IMG/VR virus record: IMGVR_UViG_3300011335_000748 | Span: 1 to 57,334 of that record | Strand: one strand, 5' to 3' | Source of the DNA: a virus | Lineage: Duplodnaviria > Caudoviricetes | DNA: 57,334 nucleotides | Notes under the pieces: generated by a model | What the model was told of the DNA's origin: nothing | Database searches by the model: none | Seen by the model: only the letters and a program-made list of their open reading frames with translations | Part shown: positions 19,985 through 27,959 of the stretch, piece by piece | Numbering within the stretch: position 1 is the stretch's first letter | Layout of the letters: every line of letters begins with the position of its first letter | Translations under genes and position numbers: made by a program

Positions 19985-20305
19985 TCATTGTTCTTCCTCC
20001 GGTTTATAGATGATGGTGAATGAGGAGTGGGTCATGCCGTAACTGTCGATGATGTAGTCTATCGGTCGTTTGACCTCTGACCTGAGCTTGATCAGCTCCT
20101 CGGTGAGCTCGACGATTTCTTCGGCAAGGATAGTGCCCACCTTTCGCAGTCGTCTGATTTCATCGTTGGCAAAATTCAAAGCTGCCGCCGCCATTTGCTG
20201 TGTGATGCTGGGGTCAAACAAATCCATCTGTGACCGCAGTCGTTCGACCTCTGCCCTTAGTTCTTCGTTCTCTGTCTCCAGTCTGTAGGCATCTTCGTCA
20301 CGCAT
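19985..20305 (-). CDS. Coiled-coil hypothetical protein
   Basis: AAAGGA RBS; heptad-like ELRAEVERLR segments. Confidence 0.55.
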   Translation of the reverse strand: MRDEDAYRLETENEELRAEVERLRSQMDLFDPSITQQMAAAALNFANDEIRRLRKVGTILAEEIVELTEELIKLRSEVKRPIDYIIDSYGMTHSSFTIIYKPEEEQ

Positions 20306-20320
20306 GTCTTTCGTCCTTTC

Positions 20321-20467
20321 TTATAGCTTTCTTTTCTCGACCTTGACCATGAAGAACAGGATGCAAAGCCAGAGGGGCATGAGCGAATCACTTACAACCA
20401 TTGCCGTGCAGATGATTGCCGCGAGGCAGAGAAAGTAGGTGATCCCGATAAGGTAGAGTGGATCCAT
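20321..20467 (-). CDS. Small membrane protein, 48 aa (not in ORF track)
   Basis: MDPLYLIGITYFLCLAAIICTAMVVSDSLMPLWLCILFFMVKVEKRKL; GAGGG RBS; two hydrophobic stretches and a basic tail. Confidence 0.5.
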   Translation of the reverse strand: MDPLYLIGITYFLCLAAIICTAMVVSDSLMPLWLCILFFMVKVEKRKL

Positions 20468-20509
20468 CACGTTTCCCTCAGCAATGCCCGATTATCTCGA
20501 TGCGGTCCA

Positions 20510-20731
20510 TCATAGCGCGTCCTCCTTCTTGGCCTTCTCTGCAAGCGTGACACTCAAGCGAGCGACATACTCTTGGAGCCTGTCATAGGTGGACGGCTCC
20601 AGTGCCACGACCTTGTTGCTCGGGTGGTTGGCGGCAAGCCAGATTTGGTAGCCGTCAAAGGATGCATAGACCCCATCACCAATGTAGGCGTCGAATTGTT
20701 TGAGGTCGTAGTGTCCGGTGTCCTCTGTCAT
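20510..20731 (-). CDS. Hypothetical phage protein
   Basis: YIGDGVYASFDGYQIWL motif; GGAG RBS; ATGA coupling. Confidence 0.65.
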   Translation of the reverse strand: MTEDTGHYDLKQFDAYIGDGVYASFDGYQIWLAANHPSNKVVALEPSTYDRLQEYVARLSVTLAEKAKKEDAL

Positions 20732-20922
20732 TTGTCCTCTCCTTCTTCCGTTGGTACGATGATTATCTTGACGGGCTTTCCACTCGGCGAAGCGAACACA
20801 AAAACATGTTCGTTCGGTCCAACTAAATTCACCGAGGGTTCTGGGGCCTCCGGTATGGTCAGGTGTAGGGTCACCTGTTTGTCGGTCTTGTTTTCTATTT
20901 CACATGCTACCTTAAACATCAC
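20728..20922 (-). CDS. Hypothetical protein (cassette array)
   Basis: Begins at a conserved GGAGGGGAGTGATG junction. Confidence 0.55.
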   Translation of the reverse strand: MMFKVACEIENKTDKQVTLHLTIPEAPEPSVNLVGPNEHVFVFASPSGKPVKIIIVPTEEGEDK

Positions 20923-21110
20923 TCCCCTCCTGTTGCTTTGGCGTCTTGCTGGTCCTCGTACAGTTTGATGGCTTCATAGAACTGATCCATGAACTCCTTG
21001 CCTTTCATGTAAAACCCGTGGTCCACGGACAACGGAAGCTCCAGTGTGATCAAGAGGACGGGGTTATTGTGCTCGTTGAACTGCACGGCTTTGTCTAATA
21101 CGCGCATCAC
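20919..21110 (-). CDS. Hypothetical protein (cassette array)
   Basis: Conserved junction start; ends AKATGGE. Confidence 0.6.
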   Translation of the reverse strand: MMRVLDKAVQFNEHNNPVLLITLELPLSVDHGFYMKGKEFMDQFYEAIKLYEDQQDAKATGGE

Positions 21111-21349
21111 TCACCTCCCGTTACTTTGGCGATGGTTTGCTTAACAATGCTTTGAACAAACGACGATGCCATGCCACCATATGCAGGGCTACCGTAACTG
21201 TCCTGCGCCACACGGTCTAACCGTTTAAGTCCTTCCAACAACTCTGCATTTTGCTGCCGCAACCGTTCAATCTCGTCACGGTCATCCAGCGTTTGACGCA
21301 TTATTTCATTAAGCGCGTCCGCTATGGTTTTCATTTGTTGTTCCATCAC
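21107..21349 (-). CDS. Hypothetical protein (cassette array)
   Basis: DEIERLRQQNAELLE module; ends AKVTGGE. Confidence 0.6.
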   Translation of the reverse strand: MMEQQMKTIADALNEIMRQTLDDRDEIERLRQQNAELLEGLKRLDRVAQDSYGSPAYGGMASSFVQSIVKQTIAKVTGGE

Positions 21350-21651
21350 TCACCTCCTGTTGCTTTGGCGATGGCGGCGCGAGCTTCGGATCGGACTTCA
21401 TGCAGTAAAGAAATGTAAGATTTTTCTACGTCCCTTGGTCCATCAGCAATGTTTTGCAACACTTCCCGCATCCGTTCAATGTCGCCGTCCAATTTTTTCA
21501 GTTCACCAAATGCCGCTTGCAACGATGCGCGTTCAAACTCCACTTGTTCCCGTAACCGTTCAATCTCGGTAACGGCATCTAAATGCAGATCAACATCGTC
21601 TGCATCATACATGCTTGCCTCATCACGCAACCGTTCAACAATGTCCATCAC
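21346..21651 (-). CDS. Hypothetical coiled-coil protein (cassette array)
   Basis: Starts MDIVERLR; ends AKATGGE. Confidence 0.6.
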   Translation of the reverse strand: MMDIVERLRDEASMYDADDVDLHLDAVTEIERLREQVEFERASLQAAFGELKKLDGDIERMREVLQNIADGPRDVEKSYISLLHEVRSEARAAIAKATGGE

Positions 21652-22069
21652 TCACCTCCTGCTTCGGTGGGCTAAACGAAATGTATGCCCAGTGCGTCCA
21701 CCATGTTTTGCGCGTGACGGGGATACCACCACAAACAATTAAGGTCTCCCCTGTTTCGTCGATTTCTGCCCTCCCATATTTAACAATACTATCGGCCACG
21801 TCGCAGATTAGGACAAATTCGTTGTGCGGAATAGTGTCAATCACCCGCCAATGAAGGGTGCTATCAAAGTCATCGTTCGGTGACAACTTGCTTTTGTCAT
21901 CGTTCGGCAACACGCTACCTAACCCAGACCCGCAAGATGGACATTCCAGTCCAACATCCTCTGCCCCTACAGGGTAAACCGCTTGCCAACTATGTCCGCA
22001 CGCGGCGCAAGCGGCGGCATCTGTTTTCCAAATTTTTCGGTGGTCATCTAAGTTAGTAATGTCCATCAC
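21635..22069 (-). CDS. Zinc-ribbon plus DUF551-like protein
   Basis: CAACGH..CPSCGS; WRVIDTIP..VLI..THW pattern. Confidence 0.55.
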   Translation of the reverse strand: MMDITNLDDHRKIWKTDAAACAACGHSWQAVYPVGAEDVGLECPSCGSGLGSVLPNDDKSKLSPNDDFDSTLHWRVIDTIPHNEFVLICDVADSIVKYGRAEIDETGETLIVCGGIPVTRKTWWTHWAYISFSPPKQEVSDGHC

Positions 22070-22294
22070 TCACCTCCTGTTATATACACTTGGGTAACCG
22101 CCAAACCCGTCATCTGGGTAATGTGTGTCGTATTTATTAATTTGTTTTGCTTGCTTCAGTTTATTGATTTCCTCCAACAACTCTGCATTTTGCTGGCGCA
22201 AGCGTTCAATCTCGTCAGCGGCTTCAATCATATCTGTTTTGTAAACAAGATCGTTTTCGTCGTATCCACGCAACCGTTCAACGATGTCCATCAC
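22070..22294 (-). CDS. Hypothetical protein (cassette array)
   Basis: MDIVERLR plus AADEIERLRQQNAELLE modules. Confidence 0.6.
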   Translation of the reverse strand: MMDIVERLRGYDENDLVYKTDMIEAADEIERLRQQNAELLEEINKLKQAKQINKYDTHYPDDGFGGYPSVYNRR

Positions 22295-22530
22295 TCTTTC
22301 TCCTTCAGCATACCGAGCGCACCCATGTATAGTTCAAGCATCTCTTCTTCCTGCTCAAGTTCCTTGGGGTTTTTCTTACGGATTGCTACAATCTTACGGA
22401 GTATAGATGCATCAAGTCCGTTGCCCTTTGCCTCTGAATAAACGTCCTTAATATCCTGTGAGATAGCGGCCTTCTCTTCTTCGAGCTTCTCAATACGGGC
22501 GATAATGTTTTCCAGCATCTCTTTCGTCAT
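22291..22530 (-). CDS. gapR: GapR-like DNA-binding protein (DUF2312)
   Basis: IIARIEKLEEEKAAISQDIKDVYSEAKGNGLD..ILRKIVAIRK..E..LELY. Confidence 0.88.
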   Translation of the reverse strand: MTKEMLENIIARIEKLEEEKAAISQDIKDVYSEAKGNGLDASILRKIVAIRKKNPKELEQEEEMLELYMGALGMLKEKE

Positions 22531-22963
22531 TCTCTTTGTCCTCTGTGTTGGTGGCGACTTTAGCTATCCGACGGTACTCTGACGCGGCGGGGTGGATTCC
22601 ATCAGGTGACGGGGTGAAGTGGATCACGCCGTCGCCCATCGTGTTAGCAATCTTGCTAACCATCGCCTGTATCTTGGAGATGGTAACATTTGCCTCCTTG
22701 GCGTTACCCTGCGGCATGATCCAGTAGACCCTGTCCGCAGATATCCGTCCTCTGATCTTCAGTAGTTCGTAGTTGGTGGGCACATACTGGTGGTCGTTGG
22801 AACCGACGCTGATGATGACGGTCTTCGCCTCCAGTATTTTGTCCGCGTAGGTCGTGCCGAACTGCACCGAGGACAGCCCGCTCTTGGCGTAGACCTCACA
22901 CTCTGGTCGGTGCATTGCCACCCCGACTGCGATGCTGTCTCCGATGATCATGCACTCCAGCAT
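22490..22963 (-). CDS. SGNH/GDSL hydrolase
   Basis: IGDSIA block I, GSND block III, DGIHP block V. Confidence 0.8.
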   Translation of the reverse strand: MLECMIIGDSIAVGVAMHRPECEVYAKSGLSSVQFGTTYADKILEAKTVIISVGSNDHQYVPTNYELLKIRGRISADRVYWIMPQGNAKEANVTISKIQAMVSKIANTMGDGVIHFTPSPDGIHPAASEYRRIAKVATNTEDKENDERDAGKHYRPY

Positions 22964-23061
22964 TAGAAGAAACTCCGGACTGCCTCGATGATCTCGTCGC
23001 AGTAGTAGATGAACGGCATCATCAGGATGAAGAACAAAAGGTGGATGATCAGGTCGATCAT
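22963..23061 (-). CDS. Small hydrophobic protein, 32 aa (not in ORF track)
   Basis: MIDLIIHLLFFILMMPFIYYCDEIIEAVRSFF; TAATG coupling to the SGNH gene. Confidence 0.4.
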   Translation of the reverse strand: MIDLIIHLLFFILMMPFIYYCDEIIEAVRSFF

Positions 23062-23074
23062 CTTGGGTGAAGGC

Positions 23075-23380
23075 TCAGACATCTCGGCTCCTTATCCCGT
23101 CGATAAGCTCCGATAGTTCCCGCTCCAAGCGGTCGTGTCGTTTCTGGCTTTCGATCTTGTCGCCCACATAGGCCGTAAGCAGACGGCGATATCGTTCTGC
23201 CGACAGCACACGGGCCGAACGGAGAAGGTCCAGAGTGTTTCTTTCCATATCAATCATCAAGTCGGAGTCGGAGTCGTTTTCGTTGTTGGGGTCGTTGAGG
23301 TACGTTATTTCTGCCGCAAGGATTTGAGTCCACTGAAATGCGGCAACGACAAGTTCTTTCTGTTCTTCGTCCTCAGTCAT
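23075..23380 (-). CDS. Hypothetical protein
   Basis: GGAG RBS; operon packing. Confidence 0.55.
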   Translation of the reverse strand: MTEDEEQKELVVAAFQWTQILAAEITYLNDPNNENDSDSDLMIDMERNTLDLLRSARVLSAERYRRLLTAYVGDKIESQKRHDRLERELSELIDGIRSRDV

Positions 23381-23816
23381 GGTCGATCTCCACTTCGTAC
23401 ACGTAATGCCACTCGGTATATTCCCAATCTACGAGGTGGTGCTCGAAGGTGTACATCTTTCCCTGATGGACCTCGACGGGCTCTTCTAGGTCAGAGGTTG
23501 CTGGCATGTGAGAGGGGGCATGCGCTCTGTCGTGGAAACTGTTGAGCCAGATGTCCCACATCTCGTAGATCAGGGCCACTGCCCGCTCCTCGGTGGCACA
23601 GACGTTCACGCAGGGGGCATCCATGATGTGGGAGTCGGACACTACCACCCATACTTTGTCCTTTGTCCGCTGACCTTCGAGCAGGGCTTTAATCCTTTTG
23701 CCCGACCGTTCTTCGAGCAGTGCAAAGATCATCTTCTGTGACTCTTCCACCGAGTGTTTCAACTCGTCGACCTCGGCTTGCCACATGGCGTTCAGTTCAT
23801 CAAATGTTTGCGACAT
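23373..23816 (-). CDS. Hypothetical protein
   Basis: Operon packing; start inferred from RBS spacing. Confidence 0.55.
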   Translation of the reverse strand: MSQTFDELNAMWQAEVDELKHSVEESQKMIFALLEERSGKRIKALLEGQRTKDKVWVVVSDSHIMDAPCVNVCATEERAVALIYEMWDIWLNSFHDRAHAPSHMPATSDLEEPVEVHQGKMYTFEHHLVDWEYTEWHYVYEVEIDHD

Positions 23817-23817
23817 G

Positions 23818-24006
23818 TCAGTCATCCCTTGATGCGTCCTCGTAATTGTCTTCCGGATCGACTTCGAGCACCTCGTATTCGACGTCATCCTGCTCCCAGT
23901 TCCTGAACGGGATTTGATCTGCCCGCTCGATAGCATCGTCCTCGTTGTAGGCATCCACAGTGATCTGATATCGGACCACCGCCTCAATCTTGTAAGCTCT
24001 TGTCAT
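23818..24006 (-). CDS. Small acidic hypothetical protein
   Basis: D/E-rich 62 aa; TGATG coupling. Confidence 0.55.
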   Translation of the reverse strand: MTRAYKIEAVVRYQITVDAYNEDDAIERADQIPFRNWEQDDVEYEVLEVDPEDNYEDASRDD

Positions 24007-24266
24007 CAGATGTTTTCCCCGAGACCAAGTCGTATTGCGTCTGCGATCTCGTCGACAGAACCGACAACCAAGAAGCCGCCGCCCATACCACCGAGGTGGA
24101 CGCGGCTGGCCTCTCCCACCAAGGTTCGCAACCCGTCAGGTTTATAGGGAGTAATAACAATGGGGGTATCGCGGGTAATGAAGAAAGCTATTTCGTTACC
24201 CAAGTTGACAATCTCCTCACCGTTGTTGTGGGAAAATTGCACTTGATTGAGGTAAAAGGGGTTCAT
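24006..24266 (-). CDS. Hypothetical protein
   Basis: GGAG RBS; coupled to both neighbours. Confidence 0.55.
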   Translation of the reverse strand: MNPFYLNQVQFSHNNGEEIVNLGNEIAFFITRDTPIVITPYKPDGLRTLVGEASRVHLGGMGGGFLVVGSVDEIADAIRLGLGENI

Positions 24267-24460
24267 TGGTCATCTCCTTGCAAGAGTTCGGCACTGACGA
24301 GCTCGACAGAAACGTCGTCACGAACGGGGTTGGTCCATTGCTCGATCTTCTCGGGGGCGTAAAAGATTGTCGCGAGATCGTCGAGGTCGAGGGGGTAGGT
24401 GTCCAGTAAGAAAACCTTGGTTCCCGTGTACCGGACGGTAATGCGGTAGGGTCGTTTCAT
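24263..24460 (-). CDS. Hypothetical protein
   Basis: GAGG RBS; operon packing. Confidence 0.5.
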   Translation of the reverse strand: MKRPYRITVRYTGTKVFLLDTYPLDLDDLATIFYAPEKIEQWTNPVRDDVSVELVSAELLQGDDQ

Positions 24461-24462
24461 GG

Positions 24463-24672
24463 TCAGATTTCCTCTGGTGCGGGTGACGGATAGACTTTCG
24501 TAAGGTTAAAACCCACAAGGCTTTCGGGGTACAATGCTTTCTTGTGCATATTTTCAAACTTTCTTTGTGCCCGTTCATGGGCCTCTGATCCGCACTTTGC
24601 ATAAACTTTCAGGTAAATGCGGTCAGTGCGGATGAATTGGGCTTCATACAGCTGCTCTTTGTCCTTTGCCAT
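24463..24672 (-). CDS. Hypothetical protein
   Basis: GGAGG RBS before MAKDKEQ. Confidence 0.55.
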   Translation of the reverse strand: MAKDKEQLYEAQFIRTDRIYLKVYAKCGSEAHERAQRKFENMHKKALYPESLVGFNLTKVYPSPAPEEI

Positions 24673-24674
24673 GG

Positions 24675-25319
24675 TCAGTCCTCCAACAGGTCTTGGGGGT
24701 CGACGATCAGGTAGGCGACGATGTCGCCGTCGGTGGGCTTTTGTGGGTCGATGGACCAGTCCCAACCCCCTGCTGGGGTGGGCAGAGAGGTGGCGGGCCG
24801 GTCTCTGAAACGCAGGAGGACAGTGGTCCGAGGACCAACCCCCTTGGGCAGAGTGCCTTTTAAATCGCCAAAGAACGGCACGTAGTCGTCCTTTGCCCTT
24901 TCCCAGTCCTCCACTACCCGATAGGCGATGATGTCGCTCATATCGTATCTGCCCTCTGCCTGTGCCTCATAGTTCACATGCCATGTAAACTCGCGGGCTT
25001 GCTGGGGGGACAGGACGTTGCCGTCCCGCAGGATCACCGAGACGTAATCCTTGGGGCCTACCCCTGCTGGAAGGGCCACCGAGAAGGGCAGGGGGTTCCA
25101 GAGTTTATATCCGGTCAGTTCGAGGTCGGGCTTGGCCCGCGTCTCGGGTTCGAAATAGTCCTGCTCCTCGACAGAATAGACGAGGTAGGTCTCGCGGGTG
25201 GTGTTTGCCAGCCGTTGGGCCAGCTTCTGGGCGTCCGCACGGGTCGGATGCCAGTCGGCACTCGGGGCTTCGCGCAAAGCCCCATGCATGTCCTGCGCTG
25301 ATACAAAGTAAATGGTCAT
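24675..25319 (-). CDS. Hypothetical protein with a duplicated C-terminal domain
   Basis: Two copies of LPxGVGP..V..RD..W..DI(I/V)AY. Confidence 0.6.
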   Translation of the reverse strand: MTIYFVSAQDMHGALREAPSADWHPTRADAQKLAQRLANTTRETYLVYSVEEQDYFEPETRAKPDLELTGYKLWNPLPFSVALPAGVGPKDYVSVILRDGNVLSPQQAREFTWHVNYEAQAEGRYDMSDIIAYRVVEDWERAKDDYVPFFGDLKGTLPKGVGPRTTVLLRFRDRPATSLPTPAGGWDWSIDPQKPTDGDIVAYLIVDPQDLLED

Positions 25320-25576
25320 TGGTCTTCTCCCTTGTGGATGGCGAGAGCCATCTGCATGTATTCCTCTTCGAGCTGGGCAACCACCCTCCACCGTTCAAAG
25401 TGTGCCTCGCGGGCATTGTTGAAGCCCAGCGCAGGGTAGTTGCGTCCGTGGGGGGCTGACCTTGCCATCGATTCGAGCAGGGCTCTGGCGGCTTTCGCCA
25501 CCTCGGAGTATTGCGCGATCAGGTCTGCGCGAGTGTCGCCATTCAGGTTAACGACGGGTGGAATGAGAGGCTTCAT
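25316..25576 (-). CDS. Hypothetical phage protein
   Basis: P.VNLNGD..L and PHGRNY motifs; AAGGG RBS. Confidence 0.6.
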   Translation of the reverse strand: MKPLIPPVVNLNGDTRADLIAQYSEVAKAARALLESMARSAPHGRNYPALGFNNAREAHFERWRVVAQLEEEYMQMALAIHKGEDQ

Positions 25577-25610
25577 AGTGGTTCCCTTTCTATGGTGATT
25601 AATGGCGGTA

Positions 25611-26015
25611 TCAAGCGGGGTTTTCTACCATACCGAAACCCGACAGAACCGTCCGGTCTAGCTTGTAGTTTATGGCGAGGGTCTGAAAGCGGTGAAACAG
25701 GTCGGCCTTTTCGCCGGACGTCCAACCGTCGTGGACGTCCTGTAGGTCGGTAAGGAAGAGGCCGAGGTCATCATCTGTGGTGACGACGTTACTCAAAACC
25801 GCTGATACCTCCGGACCCATTGCGCTAGTACCTTCGAGGGCTGGGGTGTACCGGTCGTCAGGGATGAGGAAGCCTACAGCGCAGCGCATCCCGTGCTCGC
25901 CGCGATAGGCACATGTAGTTCCCCCTTCTAGCATGGACCTTTCCCCCTGCGCGAACAGCAGGGGGGTCACGTAGTCAAAGATTTCCTGACGGGATGAGAA
26001 GGTCTTGTGGGTCAT
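25611..26015 (-). CDS. Hypothetical phage protein
   Basis: QEIFD..QGERS..CAYRG..CAVGFLIPD..LQDVHD pattern; GGAG RBS. Confidence 0.65.
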   Translation of the reverse strand: MTHKTFSSRQEIFDYVTPLLFAQGERSMLEGGTTCAYRGEHGMRCAVGFLIPDDRYTPALEGTSAMGPEVSAVLSNVVTTDDDLGLFLTDLQDVHDGWTSGEKADLFHRFQTLAINYKLDRTVLSGFGMVENPA

Positions 26016-26079
26016 GGTCGTTCTCCAAATGGGTTTGTCAGATTTGCGTAAAGGGTGGGTTTCGGATTGTCTGACAATG

Positions 26080-26433
26080 TCAGTCGACGTTGCACATGAC
26101 GAGGCAGCGGTCGTACGAGATGCCAGTTTCCTCAGCCATCTGGGCAGCTTCATCAGCAGGGCGGTCATAGTTCCAGTAGGGCACTTCTCCGCTGTCCTCT
26201 GCCTTTTGAATTGCGATGTCGCCAATGCGGTTCATCACGCGGGAGAAGTCGGAGCCGCTAAGGCGGTTCATCAAGTGCAACGCACCCATGTCGAACAGGG
26301 TAGCGGACTCGTTCTCGTAATAGCCCAGCTCGGGGTTGATGCCAGTGGCGATCATCAGCTCGATGATCTGCTCGGTGGTCTTGCTGTACAAGTTGCGGTA
26401 CATCTGCTCTGCATCGTAAGACATGGGGGTCAT
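26080..26433 (-). CDS. Hypothetical protein, first gene of the long leftward operon
   Basis: GAAAGGA RBS; downstream of the promoter at 26465-26492. Confidence 0.6.
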   Translation of the reverse strand: MTPMSYDAEQMYRNLYSKTTEQIIELMIATGINPELGYYENESATLFDMGALHLMNRLSGSDFSRVMNRIGDIAIQKAEDSGEVPYWNYDRPADEAAQMAEETGISYDRCLVMCNVD

Positions 26434-26464
26434 CCTTTCTTTGTTGGTCCCGTCTTGTGTGTCG

Positions 26465-26492
26465 AATATAAAGGGATAATTGACAGTGTCAA
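26465..26492 (-). promoter_or_regulatory. Sigma70-type promoter with TGACA-N-TGTCA palindrome over the -35
   Basis: Minus strand TTGACActgtcaattatcccttTATATT (16-nt spacer). Confidence 0.65.
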
Positions 26493-26564
26493 GGGGGTTT
26501 GTGGAAATAATTTACAATTTGTTTGTCAAAGGGGGGCTGTCCTTTGTCCTTAAAGAGAATCAAC

Positions 26565-26806
26565 TCTATCAAACATTGTCAACGATATAGTGCGTAACCC
26601 CTTGAATATAGGTAGATATCAAAATATAGGGGGTTTACAGAATTATCATCACTTCCGTCGCGCGCGCAGTCTACAGAGTTGTCGCCTCGTGCACGCACGC
26701 GGAGACGGACCCCCCTCTGGACCATTCTCTCGCTAAACCCCCTATATTTTGATATCCCCCTATATTCAAAGGCTTACGTACTATATTTGTTACAATGTTT
26801 GATAGA
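26565..26806. repeat. 73-bp imperfect inverted repeat (26565-26637 and 26734-26806) around a 96-bp spacer
   Basis: About 9 mismatches in 73 by manual alignment, with a perfect 23-bp inner block GATATCAAAATATAGGGGGTTTA. Confidence 0.9.
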
Positions 26807-26850
26807 ACTGTGATAGTTTGTAGCAGAATCGCCACCCGAGGAGAGTCACT

Positions 26851-27444
26851 GTGGCCCGATCTAAGGTAACGCACCGCCCAAAACTTGACATTGTTGTCAA
26901 CCCAAAGAATGAAAAGGGCTTGACCGAGAAGCAGGAGAAATTCTGCCGCATCTACGCCACCGAGGACGTGACACGCACCGAGGCGGCACGGCTTGCTGGA
27001 TACACCGAGAGCACCGCACTGGTGGCGGGCAGTAAATTCTTGAACGGCAGGGACTACCCCCAGATTCTTGCTCGCATTGCGGAACTGAAAGAGGAGCTCG
27101 GCAAAAAGTACGAGGTCACCTTCGACAACCACGTCCGACAGCTGGCCCGCATCCGTGATGCCGCGATGGAGAAGCAGAACTATGCCTCCGCTGTTGCCGC
27201 CGAGAAGGCCAGAGGACAGGCGGCGGGGCTCTATATCAGCCGCTCGGAGATTCTGGTCGGCAAGATCGATCAAATGTCTAAAGAGGAAGTCCTCGCCGAG
27301 ATCATGCGCTTGCAAGCAGAGTTTCCAGCCCTCGCGCAGGGCACAGGACCAACCATTGACATGGTCAAGACCATGCGATCCGAGACAGGCGAGGACATGC
27401 CGATGTATGAGTCTCCGGACATACTTTCGGAGCTCGACGAATGA
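26851..27444 (+). CDS. terS: Terminase small subunit
   Basis: LTEKQEKFC..Y..TEAARLAGY..ILARIAEL HTH pattern; GGAG RBS. Confidence 0.8.
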   Translation: MARSKVTHRPKLDIVVNPKNEKGLTEKQEKFCRIYATEDVTRTEAARLAGYTESTALVAGSKFLNGRDYPQILARIAELKEELGKKYEVTFDNHVRQLARIRDAAMEKQNYASAVAAEKARGQAAGLYISRSEILVGKIDQMSKEEVLAEIMRLQAEFPALAQGTGPTIDMVKTMRSETGEDMPMYESPDILSELDE

Positions 27445-27887
27445 AGACCGAGAAGGCGATCTGGGCTCACCTAAAAAAGGAAACCGACAAGGACGTCCAC
27501 TGGACCCGCATCGAGGCTTGGGCGGGTTACGGTATTCCCGACTTGAACGGGGCCTATCTCTGGCCTTCTCTGTTGCAGGAAACACCCGTTGAGATATGGT
27601 GCGAGCTCAAGGTCTGTTCTACCATAAAATTTCAAGGGGTCGGACTGTGGAGACCCGCGCAGATTGCATGGCAGACCAAGAGGTCCCGCGTTTCACGCAA
27701 TGTTTATAACCTGATCAGCCACCCTCGGGCAGAGGTCGTCAGGATTTATGACGCAGGACAAGTGGCAGAGGTCCACTGCCCGTCGACAGAATCGCCAGAA
27801 CCTTTATTGATCCTGCCCATTGGCTCAGGAATGTGGTCGGCTTTCCTCGAACTCGCGGCCTCGCGCTCGAAAGAATCGCCAGAATAA
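27441..27887 (+). CDS. PD-(D/E)XK nuclease (Holliday-junction resolvase/VRR-NUC-like)
   Basis: E..W..LK, TRIE..GIPDL..WCELK, RPAQIAW. Confidence 0.75.
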   Translation: MKTEKAIWAHLKKETDKDVHWTRIEAWAGYGIPDLNGAYLWPSLLQETPVEIWCELKVCSTIKFQGVGLWRPAQIAWQTKRSRVSRNVYNLISHPRAEVVRIYDAGQVAEVHCPSTESPEPLLILPIGSGMWSAFLELAASRSKESPE

Positions 27888-27910
27888 CACGCTCGACAGA
27901 ATCGCCAGTG
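27785..27910 (+). repeat. GAATCGCC repeat cluster 1
   Basis: TCGA(C/A)AGAATCGCCAG with GAATC at 27789, 27873, 27899. Confidence 0.8.
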
Positions 27911-27935
27911 TAAAGACATAGGACCTCGGACAAAT

Positions 27936-27957
27936 AAAAAGGGGGCTTTCGCCCCCC
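27936..27957 (-). terminator. Rho-independent terminator of the leftward early cassette
   Basis: AAAAA-GGGGGC-TTTC-GCCCCC on the plus strand, right after the stop of 27960-28139. Confidence 0.7.
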
Positions 27958-27959
27958 GC

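Larger units (their letters stand above)
20917..22303 (-). repeat. Dispersed junction repeat GGAGGTGAGTGATG at six successive gene boundaries, plus a 45-bp internal repeat
   Basis: Plus-strand CATCACTC(A/C)CCTCC at 20917, 21105, 21344, 21646, 22064, degenerate at 22289; 21234-21278 vs 22173-22217 differ at 2 of 45 positions. Confidence 0.85.

Noticed and set aside
19797-19988. 63-aa ORF coupled to both neighbours
   Set aside because: May be real, but it has no motif, an uncertain start and atypical composition, so it was not called.
20917-22303. Junction repeats as a CRISPR array or integron attC sites
   Set aside because: Repeats are about 14 bp of RBS plus start codon, the spacers are whole genes of 190-420 bp, and no cas or integrase gene is present.
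26565-26806. Inverted repeat as a MITE or hairpin-telomere site
   Set aside because: No target-site duplication, transposase or protelomerase seen, and the arms are separated by 96 bp rather than forming a continuous palindrome.
26671-27585. 304-aa minus-strand ORF
   Set aside because: Antisense shadow of terS and the nuclease, with no recognisable motifs.
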